Shown here piece after piece: positions 1-8,397 of a DNA stretch of 35,854 nucleotides. The first letter of the stretch is position 1. Each line of letters opens with the position of its first letter. Source of the DNA: a virus (lineage: Duplodnaviria > Caudoviricetes); IMG/VR virus record IMGVR_UViG_3300020719_000006, positions 1-35,854 of that record; one strand, written 5' to 3'. The notes under the pieces are model-generated. The model was not told the origin of the DNA. It saw only the letters and a program-made list of their open reading frames with translations, and did no database searches. The position numbers and the translations under genes are program-made.

Positions 1-957
1 CGAGTCTTTGATTGTCAAGTTGCTGAGTATGTTATTAGCCGTCAGCGTACTAAGTATCCTAGCCTCGCTACTTGCTTGGAAAAGTATGAACTCCCACAAA
101 AAACAGATGTAGTCAAGACTGAATACTGGGAAAAGGGTATTGATACCGATGCTGTTCCTTGGGACATCTTATCGGAATACAACATCAATGACGTTAAAAC
201 AACGTTGTTATTATACTACAAACAACTAAGTATCTTAAAACCACAGCAATGGCGTCTAATACATCTCTGTTGTGAAGACTTACTAACTTTAGAAGAAATG
301 GAATACAATGGCATCCCAGTCGACCTTGACGCAATTCTTGAAGCAAGTAACGAGCTTTCTGAAGAAATCAGTAAAATCGCTTCGGAACTTGGGTCTAGAT
401 ATCCTCATATACCTGTTAACTTCAATAGCACTGATCACCTTAGTGCCTATCTCTATGGAGGCACTATTGAGGAAGAAAGACGTGTCCTGGCAGGATTATA
501 TAAGTCAGGGGGAAAGCTCGGACAGCCTCGCTATTCGATTGATCGACAAACTCATCACTTGGATGGACTCGTTAAACCTATTAAAGGTACCGAATTAAAG
601 AAAGACGGACTTTGGTCCACCAATGAAGACACACTTCGTAAACTCAAAGACAAGACTGGTGTAGTGCCGCTACTTCTTAAATTAGCACAACTAACCAAAG
701 TCAATGAATTCTATCAAGGCTTCATCAAGATCAATGAAGAAATGCATTGGCCTAAAAACAAAATCCATGGGCAGTTCAATCAAGTAACAACATGGACAGG
801 TAGACTATCATCTACCAAACCAAATCTCCAGAATATGCCTCCGGAGATGCAGAACTTTGTAAGGAGTGAATATGGGCAAGCTGAAACAAGCAATGATCAT
901 CTCAGAGGAGCTAGCGATAGTAGCAGCGGAGTCTTGGGAACACACTGTCATGTCTAA
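1..957 (+). CDS. polA: DNA polymerase family A, N-terminal part (3'-5' exonuclease end, thumb, start of palm); 5'-truncated by window edge
   Basis: Frame 1 is open from base 1 (RVFDCQVAEY...). It contains ExoIII-like YNINDV, EMEYNGIPVD, FNSTDHLSAYLY, WSTNEDTL and HGQFNQVTTWTGRLSSTKPNLQN, all typical PolA motifs, and stops before motif A. Confidence 0.92.
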   Translation, partial: RVFDCQVAEYVISRQRTKYPSLATCLEKYELPQKTDVVKTEYWEKGIDTDAVPWDILSEYNINDVKTTLLLYYKQLSILKPQQWRLIHLCCEDLLTLEEMEYNGIPVDLDAILEASNELSEEISKIASELGSRYPHIPVNFNSTDHLSAYLYGGTIEEERRVLAGLYKSGGKLGQPRYSIDRQTHHLDGLVKPIKGTELKKDGLWSTNEDTLRKLKDKTGVVPLLLKLAQLTKVNEFYQGFIKINEEMHWPKNKIHGQFNQVTTWTGRLSSTKPNLQNMPPEMQNFVRSEYGQAETSNDHLRGASDSSSGVLGTHCHV

Positions 958-1093
958 TCTTAGTGAATACATCGCTATTCATGGAGCTTCAGACTTTAAA
1001 GATGCTCTAATGATGTTTAATCGTGATGTGTATGACAAACTATTTCATCCTAAAGAAACACATCCAACATGTGCTCTTACTTGTAAGAAATGA
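872..1093 (+). CDS. Small hypothetical protein (73 aa) lying between the two polymerase halves
   Basis: AAGGAG at 861-866 precedes ATG 872; its TGA overlaps the ATG of the downstream polymerase half (ATGA 1090-1093). Confidence 0.7.
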   Translation: MGKLKQAMIISEELAIVAAESWEHTVMSNLSEYIAIHGASDFKDALMMFNRDVYDKLFHPKETHPTCALTCKK

Positions 1094-1788
1094 TTATACA
1101 AGCAGACGCAAAAGCCCTGGAATGGTGGACAGCAGTTTGGTTATCACAAGATCCCATAGGGATGGAGGAGATTCTTGAAGGACGAGACTTACATAGCGAG
1201 AATGAAAGAGCTTTCGGCCTTCCTAGCCGACTTATCGCAAAGAAGTACCTCTTTCGAACTATCTATCGAGGAAGTGCTTACGCCTTTTCCAAAGACCCCG
1301 AATTTGCCGCAACAAACAGCACGGTTAAGTTTTGGGAATCTATTGGAGATAAGTTCTTCACCAAATACAAGGGACTGGATACTACTCACAAATCCTGGGC
1401 ACGATTGGTCAGCCAACGTCTCCCTATCATTGGGCCTCAGGGACGGGAATGGTACTTCGACTTGGTTCGTGATTTCAAAGGCAACCTAGCCATCCCATGG
1501 ACAACACTAACAAATCACCCTGTACAAGGAACTGGTCATGACATCATGGCAATTATCAGAGTATGCTTTGCGAAAAGGTTTAAGCGAGCAGGAATTAGAG
1601 GACGTCTTATTGGAACTATCCATGACAGTATCCTCGTAGATGTAGACGATGTAGAAGTAGAAAAAACTATTAAGTTATTTGAGGATAGCTTTGCGGACAT
1701 GCCGACAAACTTTGAGAGGATGTTCGGAGTTAAACCAAATATACCATTAGCATGTGAGTGCCACTATGGCCCCACAATGAATCATTAG
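1090..1788 (+). CDS. polA: DNA polymerase family A, C-terminal catalytic part
   Basis: Motif A IIQADAKALE, DLH, motif B RLIAKKYLFRTIYRG, NHPVQGTG, motif C IHDSI. Confidence 0.93.
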   Translation: MIIQADAKALEWWTAVWLSQDPIGMEEILEGRDLHSENERAFGLPSRLIAKKYLFRTIYRGSAYAFSKDPEFAATNSTVKFWESIGDKFFTKYKGLDTTHKSWARLVSQRLPIIGPQGREWYFDLVRDFKGNLAIPWTTLTNHPVQGTGHDIMAIIRVCFAKRFKRAGIRGRLIGTIHDSILVDVDDVEVEKTIKLFEDSFADMPTNFERMFGVKPNIPLACECHYGPTMNH

Positions 1789-1800
1789 AAAAAGGAAAGT

Positions 1801-2316
1801 ATGTTAATTACAGTTAACGGTGTTATTATTGATGATCGTGGATCATTCCAAATTGCTAACATTAACTTTACTGGCGATGGTAAAACATCAACACGTAGGG
1901 TAGTATCTAGCAAGAAGTTTGTATACCCAATCTTATCTAAAGCACAAGCAGGAGAAACATTTGAAGTCACAGAAGCCAAAAACGACAAAGGGTACGACGA
2001 ATTCGTCAGTGCCAAGAAAGCCGACGGCAGTCAAGCAGCCTCAGCAAGTAGTGCTGGAAGCAAGGCAGCAAGCCCAACCCCACGTAGTACGTACGAGACC
2101 CCAGAAGAACGTGCAGCACGTCAAGTCTACATCATTCGTCAGTCGTCTCTTAGCAACGCTACAGCAATTCTTTCTGTGGGTGCTAAGTCGCTCAAAGTAT
2201 CCGACGTCATTGCCACCGCAAAAGAACTTGAGGACTTCGTCTTCGGTAAAAAGAAAACAACAATCGAAGAAATAGAAAGCGAAATGGTAGAGTTTGATAT
2301 GCCTACTGTAGAGTGA
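1801..2316 (+). CDS. Putative single-stranded DNA-binding or recombination-associated protein
   Basis: AAGGA upstream; lies between polymerase and exonuclease; beta-rich N-terminus, Ala/Ser linker, ETPEERAARQVYIIRQSS block and acidic tail. Function inferred from position and architecture only. Confidence 0.5.
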   Translation: MLITVNGVIIDDRGSFQIANINFTGDGKTSTRRVVSSKKFVYPILSKAQAGETFEVTEAKNDKGYDEFVSAKKADGSQAASASSAGSKAASPTPRSTYETPEERAARQVYIIRQSSLSNATAILSVGAKSLKVSDVIATAKELEDFVFGKKKTTIEEIESEMVEFDMPTVE

Positions 2317-3098
2317 TGCAAGCACTAATAGACGGTGATATCGTTGCATATCGCTGTTCTGCTAGTGCCGAACAAGAACCTGAAGAGATTGCTGTACTTC
2401 GGATAGAAAACATGATGCGTGATATCCTGCGTGAGTCAGAAAGTGACGAATACCGTTGCTTTTTGACTGGCAAAGGTAACTACCGTTATGACATATATCC
2501 AGAGTACAAAGCCAATCGTAAAGACAAGCCCAAACCTGTACATCTACAGGCGTGCAGGGACTACCTTGTCGAAACATGGAATGCGGTTATCTCAGAAGGA
2601 TGTGAAGCAGACGATCTTATCGGTATCGCTGCCACAGACTGTGAGGACCCAATGTCCTTTGTTGTCTGTTCTATTGACAAAGACTTAAAGATGATCTCTG
2701 GTCATCATTTTAACTTTGTAACCAAAGAACGATCGTTCGTAACTCCCATCGAAGGATTAAAAAGCTTTTACAAGCAATTAATCTTAGGAGACGTATCAGA
2801 CAATATACCAGGTTATGACGGCAAAGCAAGACAGAAGTGGCCTAAATTCATGCAACACCATCATGATGCAATTGAGTATTGCACTAATGCTGTTGACATG
2901 TACACGTATGTAAGGGAAATTTACACAAATGAAGCACATAACATCATCCTAAATGGCAGGCTCCTATACATCCAAAGAAATAAAGATGAACAGTGGGTTC
3001 CTCCAAACCTACAAGTCAAAGTTCGAAGCGAAGTTCAGGACTCTGATCCCGGACTCAGTGACGTACGAACCGGACCGCCTAAAGTTCAAGCAACCTGA
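2316..3098 (+). CDS. 5'-3' exonuclease (T7 gp6 / T5 D15 / FEN-like)
   Basis: LIDGDIVAY, NYRYDIYPEYKANR, EADDLIG, SIDKDL and GDVSDNIPG motifs. Confidence 0.92.
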   Translation: MQALIDGDIVAYRCSASAEQEPEEIAVLRIENMMRDILRESESDEYRCFLTGKGNYRYDIYPEYKANRKDKPKPVHLQACRDYLVETWNAVISEGCEADDLIGIAATDCEDPMSFVVCSIDKDLKMISGHHFNFVTKERSFVTPIEGLKSFYKQLILGDVSDNIPGYDGKARQKWPKFMQHHHDAIEYCTNAVDMYTYVREIYTNEAHNIILNGRLLYIQRNKDEQWVPPNLQVKVRSEVQDSDPGLSDVRTGPPKVQAT

Positions 3099-3360
3099 AG
3101 CCATAAGAACTTACATTCCTGACTGGAAAGTAAAAGACAAGGTTTACATTGAAACTAAAGGTAAGCTAACTGTTGAAGATAGAAAGAAGATGATATGGAT
3201 CAAGGAACAATATCCTGACCATACCTTCTATATCTTCTTCCAGAATGCACGAGTTAAATTGAGAAAAGGATCTAAAACTTCTTACGGAGACTGGGCAACT
3301 AAGGCTGGCTTTATGTGGTCGGATTTGCGTGATGGTCTGCCGCCAGAATGGCTCACATGA
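2986..3360 (+). CDS. Endonuclease I / Holliday junction resolvase (T7 gp3-like)
   Basis: YKSKFE, YE, YIPDW, IETKG, DRKKM, F.FQNA and YGDWA..GF motifs. Start taken at ATG 2986 (alternative 2953); overlaps the exonuclease 3' end. Confidence 0.88.
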   Translation: MNSGFLQTYKSKFEAKFRTLIPDSVTYEPDRLKFKQPEAIRTYIPDWKVKDKVYIETKGKLTVEDRKKMIWIKEQYPDHTFYIFFQNARVKLRKGSKTSYGDWATKAGFMWSDLRDGLPPEWLT

Positions 3361-3536
3361 AAATACATCAGATAATCGAAATGGCGGATGGGAGCGTAGA
3401 CTTCCATGCCAACCTTAGCACAAATCAAGTACATCTGTTACTTGAAATGGCTATGGATATCTTAATTAATAACGGAGTACAACTCGTTGACACACGTAGC
3501 GTTGTTGTAGTCGAAGGACCAGAAGGGATGCAATAA
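3357..3536 (+). CDS. Hypothetical protein
   Basis: ATGA overlap with the endonuclease stop; fills the gap in a tightly packed operon. Confidence 0.65.
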   Translation: MKIHQIIEMADGSVDFHANLSTNQVHLLLEMAMDILINNGVQLVDTRSVVVVEGPEGMQ

Positions 3537-3537
3537 T

Positions 3538-3804
3538 ATGGCAATTGCCACACTACACGAACAGCGTGTAACAGATCAAGACATGAACAATGCCTTACGG
3601 GGTGCATTCTTAGAAGGATTCAAAGAGGGTGTATCAATAAGTCAGCGTAGCTTATTTGCTAATACATTCCTTGATGCGTTACTCGACAAAAACCAAAATC
3701 CATCTACTGTTCAATTTGACGCTTGTTGGGCTAATGCAGACGCTATGCTAACTCGTGGTCGTCCAAAGAAAGAAACAGCTCCATCACCAATCGCTACTCA
3801 ATAA
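3538..3804 (+). CDS. Hypothetical protein
   Basis: 88-aa ORF abutting both neighbours. Confidence 0.7.
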   Translation: MAIATLHEQRVTDQDMNNALRGAFLEGFKEGVSISQRSLFANTFLDALLDKNQNPSTVQFDACWANADAMLTRGRPKKETAPSPIATQ

Positions 3805-3805
3805 C

Positions 3806-4267
3806 ATGACAACGATTGTAGGTGACTGGAGACGTAAAGTCATTGTCACAGATAGCCAGTATTCAGACACAGATACTAACACAAAGTACTTCGATGAAAA
3901 ATGTTCACGAATTCCTGATGGTTGGTTTGCTGGTGCTGGTCACTTTGGTGACTGTGAAAAAGTCCTACAATACCTACGTACTAAAAGTAAAGTACCTCCT
4001 AAGTTAAAAAACAATGACAACTCGTTCATGATATTAACTGACGAAGGTTTACAGGTAAGTGACGATGGTATTGAATGGGAACCTGTGCGTACCTTTATGG
4101 CAATTGGTAGTGGTATCCATGCAGCTGAAGCAATCATGCGTGCTGGTGGTACCGCAGAAGACGCTGTATACTGGGCATGTCAGGTTGACCTTATGAGTCA
4201 TGAACCAGTCAAAGTATATTCACTAAATAGCAAAGAACCAATAACTTGGATTAAACCAATAGCATAA
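3806..4267 (+). CDS. HslV / proteasome-beta-like Ntn-hydrolase peptidase
   Basis: Starts M-TTIV (N-terminal Thr nucleophile), with DSQ, EK, GAG and AIGSG...A.A.M motifs followed by A.DAV..A...D. Confidence 0.78.
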   Translation: MTTIVGDWRRKVIVTDSQYSDTDTNTKYFDEKCSRIPDGWFAGAGHFGDCEKVLQYLRTKSKVPPKLKNNDNSFMILTDEGLQVSDDGIEWEPVRTFMAIGSGIHAAEAIMRAGGTAEDAVYWACQVDLMSHEPVKVYSLNSKEPITWIKPIA

Positions 4268-5010
4268 TGAAGATATTATTACTAGATATTGAAACAAGTC
4301 CCAATACGGCTCACGTATGGGGGCTATGGCAACAAAACGTCTCTATTAACCAACTACAGGAGTCTTCGTACGTAATGTGCTGGGCTGCTAAATGGTTAGG
4401 TGAAAAAGAAATCTTCTTCGATTCAGTGCATCAATCCAGCGATAAGAAAATGCTTAAGCGGATTTACACAATGATTAACGAAGCAGATGCTGTTGTTCAC
4501 TACAATGGCACTAAGTTCGACATGCCAACACTGAACAAGGAGTTCTTGTTAAATGATATGTCTCCTCCAGCTCCATATAAGCAGATTGACCTACTACGGA
4601 CAATGCGTAGTAACTTCCGCTTCCCTTCTAACAAACTTGATTATGTAGCGCAACGCCTCGGCCTTGGCTCTAAAACAGGACATGAAGGTCATGGATTGTG
4701 GGTACGCTGTATGAATGGCGATCCTGGTGCATGGAAAATCATGGAAAAGTATAACAAGCAAGACGTTGTATTACTTGAGAAAGTATATCACAAAGTTCTT
4801 CCTTGGATTAAATCACATCCTAACAGGAATGTTTATGACGGAAAAGATGAACACATTTGCCCAAACTGCGGATCAAAAGCTATTCAACGACGAGGCACCG
4901 CAAGAACAATCAGCGGGTCTTATCAGAGATATCAGTGCACTAACTGCGGTACTTGGAGCAGATCAACTAAAACAGACGTGGCTAATGCCACGATTAGACA
5001 AGCAAATTGA
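4267..5010 (+). CDS. RNase H-like (DEDD / YprB-type) 3'-5' exonuclease with C-terminal zinc ribbon
   Basis: LLDIET, HYNGTKFD, IDL, NKLDY and YNKQDV motifs, plus CPNCGS...YQCTNCG. Confidence 0.87.
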   Translation: MKILLLDIETSPNTAHVWGLWQQNVSINQLQESSYVMCWAAKWLGEKEIFFDSVHQSSDKKMLKRIYTMINEADAVVHYNGTKFDMPTLNKEFLLNDMSPPAPYKQIDLLRTMRSNFRFPSNKLDYVAQRLGLGSKTGHEGHGLWVRCMNGDPGAWKIMEKYNKQDVVLLEKVYHKVLPWIKSHPNRNVYDGKDEHICPNCGSKAIQRRGTARTISGSYQRYQCTNCGTWSRSTKTDVANATIRQAN

Positions 5011-5014
5011 GGAA

Positions 5015-5413
5015 ATGTATGCTACTAATAGTAGGGTTAATGCTGCTAGGAGTGGCATATTACCAACACAAATGATCACAGAAAACGACATTAAAGACAT
5101 GATCCCCGAAGGGGGGCTCAAGTATGATAACGACAAACCTAGAATGGATCTCCTAGACTTCGATGCTCTAGAAGGTCTTGCCAAGGTATTAACTTTTGGA
5201 GCTAAGAAGTATGACGAGCATAATTGGAGAAATGGTATTAGTTATAGTCGTCTCACTGCTGCTATGCTCCGCCACCTCGCTGCTTTACAAAAAGGCGAAG
5301 ACATTGACGCAGAAAGTGGCCTTCCACATATTGATCATCTTGGCTGTTGCTGGATGTTTTTATCTAACATGACCAAGACACGACCAGACCTAGATGATCG
5401 GTATAAATGCTAA
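5015..5413 (+). CDS. dATP/dGTP diphosphohydrolase-like protein (DUF5664 family)
   Basis: KYDNDKPRMDLL, VLTFGAKKY..NW..G, RH...GEDID.ESGLPH..H. Start uncertain (5015 or 5072); the longer 4715 ORF overlaps the upstream gene. Confidence 0.83.
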   Translation: MYATNSRVNAARSGILPTQMITENDIKDMIPEGGLKYDNDKPRMDLLDFDALEGLAKVLTFGAKKYDEHNWRNGISYSRLTAAMLRHLAALQKGEDIDAESGLPHIDHLGCCWMFLSNMTKTRPDLDDRYKC

Positions 5414-5577
5414 CCTTAGTAGATATATTCGACCGTTTACGTCGTATAGATGAAGTATCCTTACTAGAGATCCTTAAAATCACTAGTGAGGATATTGTAG
5501 AGCGATTCCAAGATCTAATCGAAGAACTCGCTGATGAATTAGAAAAAGAACTGGACGAAGAACCATTTGATGAGTAA
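5407..5577 (+). CDS. Small acidic hypothetical protein (56 aa), not in the ORF track
   Basis: MLTLVDIFDRLRRIDEVSLLEILKITSEDIVERFQDLIEE...; fills the gap and overlaps both neighbours by a few bases. Confidence 0.75.
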   Translation: MLTLVDIFDRLRRIDEVSLLEILKITSEDIVERFQDLIEELADELEKELDEEPFDE

Positions 5578-7447
5578 CAACTTAACCGACTATCAGCAAT
5601 ACATTCACAAATCACGCTACGCTCGTTGGATCCCTGATCAAGGTAGACGTGAAAATTGGGGGGAAACAGTAACACGTTACTGTGATTTCTGGGCTAAACG
5701 CTTCCCTGAGACATTCCCATACAAAGAAGTATACGATGCAATCTACAATCTAGATCTAATGCCATCCATGCGTGCCCTTATGACAGCAGGACCGGCTCTA
5801 GAACGTGATAACATTGCAGGATATAACTGCTCATACTTACCAATTGATGATGTTCGTGCCTTTGACGAAGCTATGTTTATTCTCATGAATGGTACTGGCT
5901 TAGGCTTCTCAGTAGAAAGACAATATGTCCAGAAATTGCCAACGATTGCAAGTGAGTTCTCTCTTACCAATACAAAGATTACAGTGGCGGACTCGAAACA
6001 GGGTTGGGCAACTGCCTTACGAGAATTGCTTGGCTTACTTTACACTGGTCTTATCCCAGAGATTGATTACAGCAAGGTCAGACCTGCTGGAGCGAGACTT
6101 AAGACTTTTGGAGGAAGGGCTAGTGGACCTAGGCCTCTCCAAGACCTGTTCCAATTCACAATTGAACTCTTCCAAAAAGCGGCGGGTCGTAGGTTATCCT
6201 CTGTAGAATGCCATGACTTAGTATGCAAGATTGCTCAGATTGTAGTAGTGGGGGGTGTACGACGCAGTGCTCTGATCTCCTTGTCAAATCTGACGGATGA
6301 GCGTATGCGTAACGCCAAGAATGGCGCTTGGTGGGAAGATGAAAAACAACGAGCATTAGCTAACAACTCAGTAGCTTACACTGAAAAGCCGGACATCGGC
6401 ATCTTTATGAAAGAGTGGCAATCACTATATGAATCAAAATCTGGAGAACGTGGCATCTTTAACCGAGTATCTGCACAATTGCAAGCTACAGCTACAGGAC
6501 GCAGAGAAGCTGATTACGAATTTGGAACAAACCCTTGCGGTGAAATCATTCTCAGACCATGCGGATTCTGCAACCTTACTGAGGCTGTTATACGAGCAAG
6601 CGACACTATCGAAGACGTATCTAGAAAGGTTCGCATTGCTACAATCCTTGGGACTTTTCAGTCGACTCTCACCGATTTCAAGTACATTCGGAAAGTCTGG
6701 CAAAGAAACGCAGAAGAAGAACGGCTCCTTGGGGTTAGCCTCACAGGAATCCTCGACAATAACATGTTTGGGAAGCAAGTAAATGACTTCGTTCTTAGAT
6801 ACCTTAAAGATGTTTGTGTTGAGACTAACAAAGAGTGGGCCGCTAAACTTGGCATTCCACAGTCTGCTGCTATTACTACTGTTAAGCCTAGCGGTACAGT
6901 TAGTCAGTTGGTTGACTCGGCTAGTGGTATTCATCCTAGACATAGTGATTATTACATTCGCACTGTACGTGCCGATATAAAAGATCCACTTGCTATCTTC
7001 CTTAAAGAGAAGGGTGTACCAGTAGAAGTTGATGTAATGAATGACAGTAATCTTGTCTTCTCATTCCCACAAAAAGCTCCTGAAGGATCAGTCTTACGTA
7101 AGCAATGGTCAGCTGTAGAACAGCTTGAACATTACCTCAAATTCAAACAATACTGGTGTGAACACAATCCTTCTATTACAGTATATGTACGTGAAGAAGA
7201 GTGGATGGAAGTCGGTGCATGGGTTTACAAGAACTTTGATGATGTGGGGGGGGTCAGTTTCCTACCATTCAATGATCACTCGTATCAACAAGCACCCTAT
7301 CAAGATTGTACAAAAGAAGTCTATGAAGCTGCTAAAGCATCATTCCCAGAAATTAGTTGGGAAGAGTTCAATGCATTTGAAGAAGACGACTCTACAATCA
7401 ATCATCATGAATTAGCTTGTGTAAATGGAGCTTGTGAATATGTGTGA
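5570..7447 (+). CDS. nrdJ: Class II (adenosylcobalamin-dependent) ribonucleotide reductase, monomeric RTPR-like
   Basis: SRYARW, PSMR, YNCS, GTGLGFS, VVVGGVRRSA, TNPCGE, CNLTE, TTVKPSGTVS, EHNPS and a C-terminal C-x4-C; no beta-subunit gene nearby. Confidence 0.93.
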   Translation: MSNNLTDYQQYIHKSRYARWIPDQGRRENWGETVTRYCDFWAKRFPETFPYKEVYDAIYNLDLMPSMRALMTAGPALERDNIAGYNCSYLPIDDVRAFDEAMFILMNGTGLGFSVERQYVQKLPTIASEFSLTNTKITVADSKQGWATALRELLGLLYTGLIPEIDYSKVRPAGARLKTFGGRASGPRPLQDLFQFTIELFQKAAGRRLSSVECHDLVCKIAQIVVVGGVRRSALISLSNLTDERMRNAKNGAWWEDEKQRALANNSVAYTEKPDIGIFMKEWQSLYESKSGERGIFNRVSAQLQATATGRREADYEFGTNPCGEIILRPCGFCNLTEAVIRASDTIEDVSRKVRIATILGTFQSTLTDFKYIRKVWQRNAEEERLLGVSLTGILDNNMFGKQVNDFVLRYLKDVCVETNKEWAAKLGIPQSAAITTVKPSGTVSQLVDSASGIHPRHSDYYIRTVRADIKDPLAIFLKEKGVPVEVDVMNDSNLVFSFPQKAPEGSVLRKQWSAVEQLEHYLKFKQYWCEHNPSITVYVREEEWMEVGAWVYKNFDDVGGVSFLPFNDHSYQQAPYQDCTKEVYEAAKASFPEISWEEFNAFEEDDSTINHHELACVNGACEYV

Positions 7448-7583
7448 GATATCATTTGACTTTATTCGAGGCCTGGTAGCAGGCTTTGAATACATTGATG
7501 ACTATGACGAAGATAATAAAATGTACACCATTGTTATCTTCCATCTAATCTTTATTAGAGTAATATTTATGACGGAGAAGTAA
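7440..7583 (+). CDS. Small hypothetical protein (47 aa)
   Basis: MCEISFDFIRGLVAGFEYIDD...IFIRVIFMTEK; overlaps the RNR stop and the next start (TAATG). Confidence 0.6.
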   Translation: MCEISFDFIRGLVAGFEYIDDYDEDNKMYTIVIFHLIFIRVIFMTEK

Positions 7584-7753
7584 TGCGTAGAAGTAGACAT
7601 GACGGTGGCAAAGGCGATAAGCCTATTGCCCCGCAAGACCAAGAGACGTTTGACAACAACTGGGATCAGATCTTTAAAGCTAAAAAGACGGAAGACAGTT
7701 ATCCTTGTGAAGTCATTCGTGGTACTAACCAACACGAAGAAACCAAGAAGTAG
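7583..7753 (+). CDS. Small hypothetical phage protein (56 aa)
   Basis: GGAG upstream and TAATG coupling; DGGKG..P......F..NWD.IF pattern; ends just before the terminator. Confidence 0.65.
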   Translation: MRRSRHDGGKGDKPIAPQDQETFDNNWDQIFKAKKTEDSYPCEVIRGTNQHEETKK

Positions 7754-7758
7754 AAATG

Positions 7759-7790
7759 AAGAAGCCACCTCAACGGGTGGCTTTTTCTAT
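7759..7790. terminator. Intrinsic terminator, probably bidirectional, at the convergence of the two arms
   Basis: AAGCCACC-tcaacg-GGTGGCTT stem followed by a T-run on +; purine run AAGAA on the other side. Confidence 0.8.
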
Positions 7791-8182
7791 GGCTTCTGAC
7801 AACCAATCCTACACTGCTCATCAACCCATTGTTTTAAATATTCTAGTTGGACGTTTGTTTCATTTGCTGCGTCAATAAATTGTCGAGTGCAGACGGTTGC
7901 ATCAGTTCCTTGGGCGGGGTTGGGAACGGGGCGCACTGCACTGGTACCATGGTCGTGCACGCTGTTAAGGTAACTAGTGTAACCAGCAACAATATTTTCA
8001 GTAACTTGTTTTGCATCTTTTTTATCCTGTTCTACTTTATCTTGTTGTTCTTTTGCAACATCAGCAATCTGTTGTTTGTACACAACAAGCTCATCATGTT
8101 CATGGTATCCATACCAACCTGTCAGGCTAGTAAGAGCAATTAAACCTGCTATAATCCATGTTGTTATCGGTAATGGAAACAT
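7787..8182 (-). CDS. Putative spanin (Rz-like inner-membrane component)
   Basis: N-terminal TM helix, coiled-coil region and Cys-containing C-terminus; last gene of the lysis cassette. Confidence 0.6.
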   Translation of the reverse strand: MFPLPITTWIIAGLIALTSLTGWYGYHEHDELVVYKQQIADVAKEQQDKVEQDKKDAKQVTENIVAGYTSYLNSVHDHGTSAVRPVPNPAQGTDATVCTRQFIDAANETNVQLEYLKQWVDEQCRIGCQKP

Positions 8183-8397
8183 TATTTTGATTCCAAAGAC
8201 TTATTAGTCATAATACGTAAAAAAGCAATAGCCAAAGAGATAACAATCATAAGCTCATTAAAGCTCACATCATCTAACATGGCATGTACGTATTGCGAAT
8301 TATCGTTAAGGGCTCCTAGGGCCGTTAAAAGGCCGCTAAACCACAGAGTTTTAGAACGTAGTGCTCCACGCACATACGCTTTGATTTTATCCCACAT
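8182..8397 (-). CDS. Putative holin
   Basis: GGAGGT before ATG 8397; two hydrophobic segments, RSKTLWF and LR..T..L motifs; lies between endolysin and spanin. Confidence 0.65.
   Translation of the reverse strand: MWDKIKAYVRGALRSKTLWFSGLLTALGALNDNSQYVHAMLDDVSFNELMIVISLAIAFLRIMTNKSLESK

Noticed and set aside
877-1089. Group I intron, intein or single stop-codon readthrough in the polymerase
   Set aside because: No recognisable P/Q/R/S core or intein motifs by eye, several in-frame stops, and the gap is filled by an ORF with its own RBS.
4715-5014. N-terminal extension of the DUF5664-like ORF
   Set aside because: It overlaps about 300 nt of the conserved exonuclease gene and has no recognisable motifs; a start at 5015 or 5072 is more plausible.
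5015-5413. Z-genome (2-aminoadenine) or deazaguanine pathway
   Set aside because: No purZ-like or queuosine-pathway genes in the window; the PurD-like gene is an ATP-grasp protein, not PurA-like.
7599-7799. 66-aa + strand ORF from the track
   Set aside because: It runs through the terminator; the alternative-frame ORF 7583-7753 has an RBS, coupling and a better-looking sequence.
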